DNA of 64,000 bases from assembly GCA_022797215.1 (NCBI GenBank), contig JAAWKD010000002.1, positions 13-64,012 of the forward strand, read 5' to 3'. Under the pieces are notes generated by a model, which worked only from the letters and a program-made list of their open reading frames with translations, was not told the DNA's origin and searched no databases. The DNA is from Clostridia bacterium (lineage in GTDB: Bacteria > Bacillota > Clostridia > TANB77 > CAG-508). Shown in pieces: positions 10,037 to 19,299 of the stretch. The position numbers and the translations under genes were made by a program. The stretch's first letter is position 1. Every line of letters begins with the position of its first letter.

Positions 10037-10121
10037 AAATCATTCCTCCAAGTAGTTTGTACTGCCAATAGGCAGTGTGTTGTGGTGTAGTCAAATGACT
10101 ACTTGCATAAGAGATATTTCT

Positions 10122-10150
10122 ATTATACCACATAATAAAGAAATTTTCAA
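10122..10150 (-). promoter_or_regulatory. Consensus SigA promoter (minus strand) for the small peptide gene
   Basis: Reverse complement reads TTGAAA, 17 nt, (TGg)TATAAT. The -35 is at 10145-10150 and the -10 at 10122-10127. Confidence 0.55.
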
Positions 10151-10184
10151 ATTATGGTAACTATATAGAAAGGAGAACAAAAAA

Positions 10185-12635
10185 ATGATGTATAAATTTA
10201 CAGGTCGTAGTGAAAAAGCATTAGAACTTGCAGCAGAGCTTGCAGCCGAATTTGGTCATAATTACATAGGAACAGAACACATCCTATATGGCTTAACTAA
10301 AGAAGGCACAGGCGTTGCTAGCAAAGTGCTAGAATTACAAGATATTACTGCAGATAAAATTGCAGAAGAAATAGAAATCCTAATTGGTAGAGGGGAAGAA
10401 ATAGAAGATGTCGCAGACATTGGATTTACTCCTCGTAGTAAGAGAATTATTGAAAATGCTTTTATTGAAGCAAGAAAATTAGGTTCAGAATTTATAGGAA
10501 CAGAGCATTTATTAATTGGAATTATGCGTGAAGGGGATAGTGTGGCAGTTCGTATTATGATGGACTTAAAAGCTGATCCACAAAAGTTATATAATGAAAT
10601 TATCAAAGTAATTAATGAAGAAGATAATACGGCAATCAATGCAAAACAGACAAAGAGTAAGGCACGTGGAAGCTACAATCAAACACCAACATTAAATCAA
10701 TTTGGAACTGATTTAACAAAACGTGCACAAGAGGGAAAGCTAGACCCAGTTATTGGTAGGAAAGAAGAAATTGAAAGAGTAATTCAAATTCTATCAAGAA
10801 GAACGAAAAATAATCCATGTTTAATAGGAGAGCCAGGTGTTGGTAAAACAGCAGTAGTAGAAGGATTAGCAGAAAAAATTGTGGCAGAAGATGTTCCTGA
10901 AATGTTAAAAAGTAAAAGAGTAGTTAGTTTAGATATTGCTAGTATGGTAGCAGGGGCGAAATATCGTGGAGACTTTGAAGAAAGAATTAAAAAATGCTTA
11001 GAAGAAGTTAAAAAGGCAGGAGATGTCATCCTATTTATCGATGAAGTTCATACAATTGTAGGGGCAGGCTCAGCAGAAGGTGCAGTAGATGCAGCTAATA
11101 TTCTAAAACCATTATTAGCAAGAGGAGAGGTACAAGTAATTGGAGCTACTACTTTAAATGAATATCGTAAGTATATTGAAAAGGATAGTGCATTAGAAAG
11201 AAGATTTAGTCCAGTTAATGTAGGAGAGCCATCTTTTGAAGAAACCATTCAAATTTTAAAAGGAATTCGTGATAAATATGAAGCACATCATAATGTAAAG
11301 ATTACAGATGATGCAATTAAGTCATCTGTGGAGTTATCTACTAGATATATTAATGATAGATTTTTGCCTGATAAAGCAATTGATTTAGTAGATGAAGCGG
11401 CTTCTCGTGTAAAAATGAGGATTTATACACAACCAGAGTCTATTAAAAAATTGGAAGATAAGATTATAGAACTAGACAAAGAGAAAGAAGATGCTATTCG
11501 TTCACAAGATTTTGAAAAGGCAGCAAAACTTCGTGATAAAGTAAAAGAAGAAAAAGAAAAGTTAGCAAAAGAAAAGGAAAAATGGCGTAACAAAAATACA
11601 AAGAGTGTAACAACTTTAACAGAAGAAGATATTGCAGAAGTGGTATCTAGTTGGACTGGTGTGCCAGTTCAAAAATTAACACAAAGTGAAAATGAAAAAT
11701 TAAAGAATTTAGAAACTATTTTACATCAAAGAGTAGTAGGACAAAATGAAGCAATAGAAGCAATTGCAAAAGCAATTAGAAGAGGAAGAGTAGGATTAAA
11801 AGACCCTAATCGTCCAATTGGTTCTTTCCTATTCTTAGGTCCAACTGGTGTAGGAAAAACAGAACTTTCTAAAGCATTAGCAGAAGCCTTATTTGGTAAT
11901 GAGAATGCAATGATACGTGTAGATATGTCTGAATATATGGAGCCACATTCCATTTCCAAATTAATTGGTTCGCCTCCAGGATATGTAGGATTTGATGAAG
12001 GTGGACAATTAACAGAGAAGATTAGAAGAAAGCCATATTCTGTTATCCTATTTGATGAAGTAGAAAAGGCACATCCTGATGTTATGAATATGTTACTCCA
12101 GATTTTAGATGATGGAAGATTAACAGATGCACAAGGTAGAACAGTAAACTTCAAAAATACAGTTATTATTATGACGTCTAACATTGGTGCTAGAATGATT
12201 ACTGACAAGAATACATTAGGATTTAGTATTAGCACAAATCAAAAAGAAGAAGCACAAAAAGAATATGAAAATATTAAAAAAGATGTTATGGGAGAACTTA
12301 AAAAGCAATTTAGACCAGAATTTATTAACCGTATTGATGAAATTATTGTATTCCATAAACTAACAGATGAAGATGTTAAACAAATTATTGAAATTATGTT
12401 AAATCAATTACAAAAACGTATGAAAGAACAAAATATTGAATTAGAAATTGATGAAAGTGTAAAAGATTTAATTGCAAAAAAAGGAGTAGATACCAATTAT
12501 GGTGCAAGACCATTGAAAAGAGCAATTCAAAGTGTACTAGAAGATAGAATTGCAGAAGAGATTTTAGATGGAAAAATTAAGCCAAATCAAAAGGCAAAGG
12601 TGTTATCTAAAGAGGAAGAAGTTGTTGTGGAATAA
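10185..12635 (+). CDS. clpC: ATP-dependent Clp protease ATP-binding subunit ClpC
   Basis: Clp N-repeats; two AAA+ modules ([18 protein letters not shown]; DEVH / FDEVEKAH); UVR-like linker [12 protein letters not shown]. 816 aa. Confidence 0.95.
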   Translation: MMYKFTGRSEKALELAAELAAEFGHNYIGTEHILYGLTKEGTGVASKVLELQDITADKIAEEIEILIGRGEEIEDVADIGFTPRSKRIIENAFIEARKLGSEFIGTEHLLIGIMREGDSVAVRIMMDLKADPQKLYNEIIKVINEEDNTAINAKQTKSKARGSYNQTPTLNQFGTDLTKRAQEGKLDPVIGRKEEIERVIQILSRRTKNNPCLIGEPGVGKTAVVEGLAEKIVAEDVPEMLKSKRVVSLDIASMVAGAKYRGDFEERIKKCLEEVKKAGDVILFIDEVHTIVGAGSAEGAVDAANILKPLLARGEVQVIGATTLNEYRKYIEKDSALERRFSPVNVGEPSFEETIQILKGIRDKYEAHHNVKITDDAIKSSVELSTRYINDRFLPDKAIDLVDEAASRVKMRIYTQPESIKKLEDKIIELDKEKEDAIRSQDFEKAAKLRDKVKEEKEKLAKEKEKWRNKNTKSVTTLTEEDIAEVVSSWTGVPVQKLTQSENEKLKNLETILHQRVVGQNEAIEAIAKAIRRGRVGLKDPNRPIGSFLFLGPTGVGKTELSKALAEALFGNENAMIRVDMSEYMEPHSISKLIGSPPGYVGFDEGGQLTEKIRRKPYSVILFDEVEKAHPDVMNMLLQILDDGRLTDAQGRTVNFKNTVIIMTSNIGARMITDKNTLGFSISTNQKEEAQKEYENIKKDVMGELKKQFRPEFINRIDEIIVFHKLTDEDVKQIIEIMLNQLQKRMKEQNIELEIDESVKDLIAKKGVDTNYGARPLKRAIQSVLEDRIAEEILDGKIKPNQKAKVLSKEEEVVVE

Positions 12636-12679
12636 ACAATATAAAAGAGAAGATAACATAAAAAGTTTGCGAAAAAGTA

Positions 12680-13172
12680 TTGACAAATGAAAAATAGGAG
12701 AGTATAATAAAAAACATAGTCACCCACAGGGTGCAAAAATACTTCCAGTAAGGAAGAATACATTGAAAAGGAGAGAATAGCTTATGCGATGTCGGAACAG
12801 CTTTTTTGTGAAGATTGCGAAAAAGATGTGACCTGCACCGGCCGCCGCCGGCAATAGCCAGCCATCGTTTTGAGGAAAAGGAGGGCAAAATATGCCTCGG
12901 TTTCCAGGTGGTTTCCTGTAGCCCCTTCGGGGGCCAAGAAAAACAGCTAAAAAAATCATGTATTTCCGCCAGATATAAGGGGCCGTCTAGAGCGCTGATG
13001 CGCTAAGAGGATGTATGCCCACGCAAATGTCAGCGGAAGAAAGGTGAGTGCAACATGCCGAAACGGTTTCCGAGCGGATTCCTGTAGCCCCTTCGGGGGG
13101 CTAAGAAGAACAACAGACCCAAGCTATATCTCGAAAAACGGGCGCCCTATTTGGGGCGCCCGAGTCTTTTTT
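12680..13172 (+). ncRNA. Unclassified GC-rich structured transcript with two paralogous mini-ORFs
   Basis: TTGACA (12680-12685), 17 nt, TATAAT (12703-12708). About 450 nt of roughly 50% GC in a roughly 30% GC genome, with many short GC hairpins. Duplicated approx 75-nt module. Strong terminator CGGGCGCCC...GGGCGCCCG + T-run (13139-13172). No long ORF with an RBS. Confidence 0.55.
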
Positions 13173-13213
13173 ATATAAAAACATATAATCAATTACTATA
13201 ATAACACAACTAA

Positions 13214-14071
13214 TTAGATTGGTTCTACATGAACAATCGCACGATAAATTTTATCTAGTCCAGAAACACTTAATTCTAATTGATCAGCTAATTCATGACT
13301 TTTGAAGGTACTCATATTTCCATCTACATAAATGGTTAATACAACAACATATTGATGCCCAACAGGAGTAGAAGAAATCTCATCTACATTTTGAATTTCC
13401 TTGTAATTATGTGCTAAATCCATAATAATTTCTTTTGTCTTTTCATCAATTGAAATATCCATTAAAATGTTATAACTTTCCATAAAGATTTTTGCGCCTG
13501 TTAAACAAATCCAAATAGAAATTCCAATTCCTACAATACCATCAAACCAGTAAATATTGGCGAACGTAAGTAAAATAGAGATTAAAGTAAATGTTGTTAC
13601 AATACAATCATTACGATGGTCATTTCGATTAGCTTCTAGTAAAATATTTTCAAACTTTTTAGCTAAGCGATTGGTATATAAGAATAAAGCTAGTTTAACA
13701 ACGATTGTAATAAGGCAAACAATTACTAAAAACCAAGAAAAGATTAATTCACTTCCATAAATTAGAGTATAGATAGAATCATAAAGTAGTTTAAAAGCAA
13801 TAACTATCATAGAAATACTAATAAACATAGAAAAAATATACTCAGCTTTTCCATGACCAAAATTATGACTTTTATCTTGTGGCTCACTAGCAATTTTGTT
13901 ACCAATAAAGGTCATTAAAGAAGCAAAAATATCACCAGCACTGTTTGCGCTATCCGCAATCATTGACTGGCTCTTAAAAAGGAAACCTACAGTTCCTTTG
14001 ATAATTAATAAAAATAAATTCCCCAAAATTCCCAATAACCCTGCTTTTTTTGTTTGTTCAAAGCGATTCAT
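13214..14071 (-). CDS. Cation diffusion facilitator family transporter
   Basis: Six TM helices; SMIADSANSAGD and HNFGHGKAEY motifs; C-terminal cytoplasmic domain. 285 aa. Confidence 0.9.
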   Translation of the reverse strand: MNRFEQTKKAGLLGILGNLFLLIIKGTVGFLFKSQSMIADSANSAGDIFASLMTFIGNKIASEPQDKSHNFGHGKAEYIFSMFISISMIVIAFKLLYDSIYTLIYGSELIFSWFLVIVCLITIVVKLALFLYTNRLAKKFENILLEANRNDHRNDCIVTTFTLISILLTFANIYWFDGIVGIGISIWICLTGAKIFMESYNILMDISIDEKTKEIIMDLAHNYKEIQNVDEISSTPVGHQYVVVLTIYVDGNMSTFKSHELADQLELSVSGLDKIYRAIVHVEPI

Positions 14072-14236
14072 GCTAAATCCCCCTATTAGTAAGCTTTTAT
14101 ATTATCATATCATTTAATAATTAAGTTTATGCACTATTATATCATAAGTATTTTTAAATTCAATACATAGAGTTATTGAAAATTATTAGGATTTATAATA
14201 TACTTTTTATATAACATGTGGAAAGGAAGTTAAAGA

Positions 14237-14698
14237 ATGTTTTGTAATAAATGTGGAAAAGAAATAAATGGAGATTCAATATTTTGTAATTATTGTGGAA
14301 ATAAATTAAAAACTGAAGAAACAAGACAAGAAAATGCTAAACCAAATTTGAAAGAAGAGATAAAAGAAGCTTGGAAAAGTGGACCAGAGAGGGCAGAAAA
14401 GGAGAGACGTGAAAAAGAACAAAGAGAATATTTAAAGCAATTGAAAGAAACAAAAGAAGAAGTACAGAAAAATTTAAAACCAAAAGATGGAAAATATCAT
14501 GTTGTGTTGATAAAGAGTAAGGCTAGATATTTGACAGGATATAAAATATGTGATAATCAATATGCTATTGAATTAGAGGATATATTGGAAATGATACAAA
14601 GTAAAGGATATGAAATAATAGATGTAAAAATGATAGGGATAGAAGAAGGTTCTGCATATGGTACGACCAGAGTAGAAACATTAGTGATGTATAAGTAG
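14237..14698 (+). CDS. Zinc-ribbon domain protein
   Basis: N-terminal CNKCGK...CNYCGN ribbon, a charged helical linker and a small C-terminal domain. Confidence 0.55.
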   Translation: MFCNKCGKEINGDSIFCNYCGNKLKTEETRQENAKPNLKEEIKEAWKSGPERAEKERREKEQREYLKQLKETKEEVQKNLKPKDGKYHVVLIKSKARYLTGYKICDNQYAIELEDILEMIQSKGYEIIDVKMIGIEEGSAYGTTRVETLVMYK

Positions 14699-14789
14699 GA
14701 AGGGCAAAATTTATGTGTTGTAATTATTATGAGAAAGAATGATGAAAATAAAATACAAGTTGCGTGTGAAAAATATATGTGATATACTT

Positions 14790-14968
14790 AAGTTAGCTGT
14801 TCGAACGAAGTGAGTTACAGATAACTTATGTGTAGCGTAGCGAAGCTAAGTTAGCCGTTCGAGCAAAGCGAGTTATGGATAACTTATGCGTAACAAGGTG
14901 AAGTTAAGTTAGCCGTTCGAGCAAAGCGAGTTACGGATAATTTATGCAATCGAGCGTATAGCGAGATT
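14790..14968 (+). repeat. Three tandem copies of a 58-bp intergenic repeat
   Basis: Units start at 14790, 14848 and 14906 (AAGTTAGCYGTTCGARCRAAGYGAGTTAYRGATAAYTTATG...). Further copies lie at 15455-15492 (+) and 25977-26075 (inverted). Confidence 0.85.
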
Positions 14969-15005
14969 GTAAACATTAGAAATAAGATACAAAGGAGCGA
15001 AAAGC

Positions 15006-15356
15006 ATGGAATTTGTAACAATTATTTATCTCCTACTTTTTGTCATATTTGCATTAGTCGCAATGGCAGTGATGCAAATTCGTATGGCAGGAATTAAGAT
15101 TAAAGATTTCTGGGGATTTATTCAAGCAAATCAAATGTTAGATAAATTATATAAGTTTTCAAAAAGATGTAGGATTATGAGTCCACAAGAGCAAATCATT
15201 TTTTTATCGGAAGCAGAAAAAGTTTTTGATGCATATGATAAAATACCATCTATTGTGTGGGAAGAAGAATATCGTAAATATTCAGATGTATTAGAAGCAT
15301 ATAAAAATATTCGAGTAACTAGATGGAGTGAAGAAAATTCAAATAAAGAGAAATAA
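15006..15356 (+). CDS. Small membrane-anchored protein, unknown function
   Basis: 116 aa with an N-terminal TM helix. SD AAAGGAG. Flanked on both sides by the 58-bp repeat family. Confidence 0.5.
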   Translation: MEFVTIIYLLLFVIFALVAMAVMQIRMAGIKIKDFWGFIQANQMLDKLYKFSKRCRIMSPQEQIIFLSEAEKVFDAYDKIPSIVWEEEYRKYSDVLEAYKNIRVTRWSEENSNKEK

Positions 15357-15454
15357 GATGTAATTGTAAATGGATACATCTTATTTTTTTATATTCTAGG
15401 AAATTACAGCGAATTGTTTTAACAATTTATTGTAGAGTTCAGTAGATTTCTTTA

Positions 15455-15492
15455 CCATTCGAGCAAAGCAAGTTACAGATATCTTATGTAGA
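15455..15492 (+). repeat. Partial copy of the 58-bp repeat family
   Basis: CCATTCGAGCAAAGCAAGTTACAGATATCTTATGTAG aligns with the core of the 14790 units. Confidence 0.6.
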
Positions 15493-15649
15493 AACACTTA
15501 ATGCTTTAACATTTAGAATTTGTTAACATCGCTTTTTTATACTTTTGTAACCAAATTATGTGGACATTGGTTGCATTTTTGCAATAAAATTTAAAAAAAT
15601 ACATATAATATAGAAAAAGATTCGAATAACGAAAAAGGAATGAGGGTTT

Positions 15650-16783
15650 ATGAAGATTAGATATTTTGACCATGCAGCAACTACGCCAGTGGATGAAAAG
15701 GTATTAAAAGCGATGTTACCATATTTTACTTGTGAATATGGTAATGCTTCATCATTATATACAATTGGCAGACAGTCTAAAAAGGCAATAGATGAGGCAA
15801 GAAAAAAAGTGGCGAGTGCAATCGGAGCAAGACAACATGAAATTTATTTTACTTCCTGTGGAAGTGAAAGTGATAATTTAGCAATTAAAGGAGTAGCTTA
15901 TAGCTACAAAGAAAAGGGAAAACACATTATTACAAGCAAAATAGAGCATCCAGCAGTATTAAATTCATGTAAGACATTAGAAAGACAAGGATTTGAAGTT
16001 ACTTATTTAGATGTGGACGAAAAAGGATTTGTAAGTATAGAGCAACTAATAAATAGCATTAAGTCAACTACTATTCTAATTTCTATTATGTTTGCTAATA
16101 ACGAAATAGGAACTATACAACCAATTGAAAAAATAGGAAATATTGCAAAACAAAAAGGAATTTTATTTCACACAGATAGTGTGCAAGCAATAGGAAATGT
16201 AAAAATTGATGTAAATAGATTGCATATTGATTTATTATCTATGTCAGCTCACAAGTTCTATGGACCAAAGGGAGTAGGAGCTTTATATGTAAAAGAGGGA
16301 GTGGAATTTGAAAAGATACAAGATGGAGGACACCAAGAAAGAGACAAAAGAGCAGGAACAGAAAATGTAGCTGAAATTGTGGGATTAGGAGAGGCAATAG
16401 CTGAAATTTACCAAAATTATGAAAAGTACAATCGAAAGTTAATAGAGTTAAGAGATTATTACATTTCTGAGGTACAAAAAAGAATTCCAAATACAAAGTT
16501 AAATGGAGATACAAAAGAAAGGTTGCCAGGAAATGCAAATATATCTTTTCCAAAGATAAATGCACAGGAACTATTATTAGAATTAGACGAAAAAGGAATT
16601 TGTGCTTCAGCAGGTTCTGCATGTAGCAGTGGAGAGGCTAGCCCTTCTCATGTATTAACGGCTATTGGATTAAGTCCAGATATAGCAAGGGGAAGTTTAC
16701 GTGTTACCTTTGGAAAAGATAACACAAAAGAGGATGTGGATTATTTGATAAATTCTTTAGAAGAAATCATCCAGCAAAATTAG
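15650..16783 (+). CDS. Cysteine desulfurase, NifS family (class V aminotransferase)
   Basis: PLP lysine motif SAHKFYGPKG, active-site loop SAGSACSSG. 377 aa. Confidence 0.9.
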   Translation: MKIRYFDHAATTPVDEKVLKAMLPYFTCEYGNASSLYTIGRQSKKAIDEARKKVASAIGARQHEIYFTSCGSESDNLAIKGVAYSYKEKGKHIITSKIEHPAVLNSCKTLERQGFEVTYLDVDEKGFVSIEQLINSIKSTTILISIMFANNEIGTIQPIEKIGNIAKQKGILFHTDSVQAIGNVKIDVNRLHIDLLSMSAHKFYGPKGVGALYVKEGVEFEKIQDGGHQERDKRAGTENVAEIVGLGEAIAEIYQNYEKYNRKLIELRDYYISEVQKRIPNTKLNGDTKERLPGNANISFPKINAQELLLELDEKGICASAGSACSSGEASPSHVLTAIGLSPDIARGSLRVTFGKDNTKEDVDYLINSLEEIIQQN

Positions 16784-16901
16784 GCAATTTTATTTAGCAG
16801 TAGCAGAAGATTAAAAATATGTTAAACAAGGAAAATAAGCAGATGTGTATACTAAAAAGATATAATAACGTAAAATAATTCTTTAAATTTAAAAAAATAA
16901 T

Positions 16902-16932
16902 AAAAAACACTAGTAATTTGCTAGTGTTTTTT
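16902..16932. terminator. Bidirectional intrinsic terminator
   Basis: AAAAAACACTAGtaatttgCTAGTGTTTTTT between convergent genes. Confidence 0.75.
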
Positions 16933-16975
16933 GATATAATTACATTAACCTATAAATTAATCTTGAAAAATAAAT

Positions 16976-17191
16976 TTATTCGGTTTTATCTTTTGGTATG
17001 TACTCTAATAACTCAGAAATTTCACAGTTAAAGGCCTCACAAATACGATTTAATTGGTCAATATCAATTCTTTTTGTTTCCTCGTAATACATTTTAGAGA
17101 TAGTTGCAGGGCGAATATGAGTGATATCTGCAAGAGCCTTCTGAGTCATCTTATTCTTGCCAAGTAAATCAGATAATTTTATTTTAATCAT
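16976..17191 (-). CDS. XRE-family helix-turn-helix transcriptional regulator
   Basis: MIKIKLSDLLGKNKMTQKALADITHIRPATISKMYYEE... is the Cro/C1 HTH. Start taken at the ATG behind AAAGGTGAAG. Confidence 0.85.
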   Translation of the reverse strand: MIKIKLSDLLGKNKMTQKALADITHIRPATISKMYYEETKRIDIDQLNRICEAFNCEISELLEYIPKDKTE

Positions 17192-17357
17192 GAACTTCAC
17201 CTTTCTAAATGTAAAATAGTAGTGACGAAAATTGTCGGATTTTGTCACCGTCCTTGTATTTTATCACGAGATGTATTAAAATGACATATTAATGAAACAA
17301 CATAACGATAAAAGTAATAAAAGGTTATCTGAAAGTAAATGAAAAGAGGTGTGCTAA

Positions 17358-17579
17358 ATGAGTTTGAAATCATTTTTTACAAAAGATAATACACCTACCA
17401 ATAGGGAATGGAAAGAGAAAAATAAAGGATATTTAAGACAACTGCAAAAATTTTTAGATGTAGCAGATAATATAGAAAGAGAAGAGTTAAGAAAGTCAGT
17501 TATTGCAGAAATGTTAAAATGCGACATGATTTTAACTGAATTAGCAGAAAGACAAATTAAATTAATTTCTCGGAGATGA
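17358..17579 (+). CDS. Small helical protein, unknown function
   Basis: 73-aa ORF with SD AGAGGTG, divergent from the XRE gene. Confidence 0.4.
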   Translation: MSLKSFFTKDNTPTNREWKEKNKGYLRQLQKFLDVADNIEREELRKSVIAEMLKCDMILTELAERQIKLISRR

Positions 17580-17644
17580 AAACAATAGGAAGTAAAGTGA
17601 ATAATAATAGCAAATTGGATCATACTAAATGAAGAAGGTAAAAA

Positions 17645-17992
17645 ATGATAAAAAGAATTTTAGTTGGTCTAATAGCAGGAGTGATTAGTGGATTGTTCAC
17701 CGCAGGTGGAGGTTTAATTATTGTGCCTGCTTTATTATACACTTTAAAAATGGAAGCTAAAAAGGCAAGAGCCACCTCATTATTTTGTATTTTACCAATG
17801 GTACTAGTGACAACTATTTTTTATGGGCAAAGCAATTTTATTAGATGGGATATTGGTATTAGATGTGCAATTGGAGGAATAATAGGGGGAATAATAGGGG
17901 CGAGGCTACTTAATTATTTACCAGAAAAGTATTTAAAGGTTGCTTTTACATTATTTCTCATCTATGCAGGAATCAATATGATAGTTAAGTAA
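17645..17992 (+). CDS. Half-size TSUP (TauE/SafE) family membrane protein
   Basis: 4-TM unit with GLIAGVISGLFTAGGGLIIVPALL, the TSUP glycine-rich first helix. Confidence 0.7.
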   Translation: MIKRILVGLIAGVISGLFTAGGGLIIVPALLYTLKMEAKKARATSLFCILPMVLVTTIFYGQSNFIRWDIGIRCAIGGIIGGIIGARLLNYLPEKYLKVAFTLFLIYAGINMIVK

Positions 17993-18007
17993 GGAAGTAA
18001 AGGGTTT

Positions 18008-18410
18008 ATGATAGAATTAGTAATAGGTTTAATTTCTGGAATAATCAGTCGGAATGGGAATGGGAGGAGGAACAATTTTAATCCTCCTTCTTTCTATTTT
18101 TATGCAAGTAGACCAACATGTAGCTCAAGCAACTAATCTTGTGTTTTTTATTCCGACGGCAGTTGGTGCTATTATTATTGGAATAAAAAATAAAAATATA
18201 CAATGGAAGCTAGCTATACCCATTATTTTATCAGGAATAGTAGGAGCAGCTATTAGTAGTAGCATTAGCACTCATATTAATGTACAATTATTAAGGAAAC
18301 TATTTGGAACTTTTTTACTAGTAATTGCAAGTTTTGAAATATATTCGTGGTATAAAATGTATATTAAAGAAAAAAATAAGCATACTAACAAAGAGAACAA
18401 AATTAAATAA
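18008..18410 (+). pseudogene. Second half-size TSUP family protein, +1 frameshift at codon 15
   Basis: ATG at 18008 behind AAGGAAG gives MIELVIGLISGIIS. The paralogous continuation GMGMGGGTILILLL... is in the +1 frame from 18051. The frameshift is confined to 18045-18053. Confidence 0.65.
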
Positions 18411-18425
18411 AGGAGGAAATGCTAA

Positions 18426-18566
18426 ATGAAGTTTATGAAAGGTATGCTAATTGGAGGAATTGTGACAGCAGGAATTGCTATGATGTATGCTGAAACAATG
18501 GACCAAAACAAAAGAAGAATGATGAAAAAAGGAAAACAATTTGCAAAAAGAATGGGAATAATATAG
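18426..18566 (+). CDS. 46-aa small membrane protein
   Basis: AAAGGAGGAAAT SD. MKFMKGMLIGGIVTAGIAMMYAETMDQNKRRMMKKGKQFAKRMGII. Terminator follows. Confidence 0.4.
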   Translation: MKFMKGMLIGGIVTAGIAMMYAETMDQNKRRMMKKGKQFAKRMGII

Positions 18567-18641
18567 ATTCTCATTAGAATAAAAGAGAAACCATAGTACG
18601 AATACTATGATTTCTTTTTTGTTTTATGAAAACAGATAAAA

Positions 18642-19091
18642 CTATTTGCAAGGTTTATCGCATGGTTTTTCACATGGCTTGTCGCAAGGTTTCTCGAAAC
18701 ATTCTTTACATGGAGGACATTCTAGTTCAACGCCTTTTAAGCATTTACCCTCATGTTTACCACAAGTACATACTTTACAATGTTTTACTCTGTCTACCCA
18801 GATTTCAATTTCATAAAGTCTGTTAGCACATAAAGGTCCAAAAACGAATTCTCCGTTTTTGTCAGTAAAAGTATGAGAAACAGGACGTCTTTCCTCCTCA
18901 CCACATTCACAAACAACCTCAACTAATTTTACAACAGCATCTTTTACAGGATCTTGATAACAATCCTTTACAATACCATAAATAACAGTTCTGTTATCTT
19001 CAGGTAAAGTAATGTCTAAATCAAATTGTTTTCCAGTAGCTAAAATACCATCAACATTCATAACAGGGCATACGCATTTTTCGTAATCCAT
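18642..19091 (-). CDS. Cysteine-rich protein with C-terminal KPC repeats (possible spore-surface protein)
   Basis: Start at MDYEKC. A beta-rich middle region (NGEFVFGPL, reminiscent of CarboxypepD_reg-like folds). About 20 Cys. Tail KECFEKPCDKPCEKPCDKPCK. Confidence 0.5.
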   Translation of the reverse strand: MDYEKCVCPVMNVDGILATGKQFDLDITLPEDNRTVIYGIVKDCYQDPVKDAVVKLVEVVCECGEEERRPVSHTFTDKNGEFVFGPLCANRLYEIEIWVDRVKHCKVCTCGKHEGKCLKGVELECPPCKECFEKPCDKPCEKPCDKPCK

Positions 19092-19299
19092 AAATATTTT
19101 CATTCCTTTCTTTTTGTTATTAATATATAGTATGCAAAAGTCGACAAGTTGTGACAAGAAAGAATAAAAGTAGTATTAATAAAGAATGCTAATGCAGAAG
19201 GAATAGTTGTTATCCTATTGAATTTTACATAAAATAGTGATATGATAAAAAAGATGTAACAAATGTTACAAAAATTTTTATTAAAGTGAGGTCAGAGAA

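Noticed and set aside
10088-10103. Second CtsR operator in front of clpC (TAGTCAAATGACTACT)
   Set aside because: Only one heptad (AGTCAAA) matches and the second repeat is absent. The region is better explained by the minus-strand promoter and leader of the small peptide gene.
10262-12235. Several 66-169 aa minus-strand ORFs inside clpC (10262..10639, 10784..11029, 11048..11248, 11726..12235)
   Set aside because: They are antisense shadow ORFs of a strongly supported 816-aa ClpC gene. They have no SD and a Ser/Ile/Leu-rich composition typical of reverse-frame artefacts. The same reasoning covers the many other short opposite-strand ORFs inside hsdR, KAP, the type IIG gene, proS, nifS and others.
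12607-13006. ORFs 12607..12888(-), 12720..12959(-) and 12815..13006(+) in the GC-rich region after clpC
   Set aside because: They have no SD and no ATG starts with sensible context. Their Pro/Arg/Gly-rich composition is simply what high GC produces. The region is better explained as a structured RNA with its own promoter and terminator.
12709-13172. Identification of the GC-rich RNA as RNase P RNA, tmRNA, SRP RNA, 6S RNA or a riboswitch
   Set aside because: I could not find any of these signatures:
- the RNase P GAGGAAAGUCC box
- a tRNA-like 5'-GGGG...CCACCA-3' tmRNA frame or tag ORF
- the SRP domain IV GGAA-loop motif
- the T-box, B12-box, SAM, TPP, glycine or ydaO core motifs

The next gene is convergent, so a cis-acting leader is excluded.
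14790-14968. CRISPR array
   Set aside because: The 58-bp units abut one another with no unique spacers, and no cas genes are nearby.
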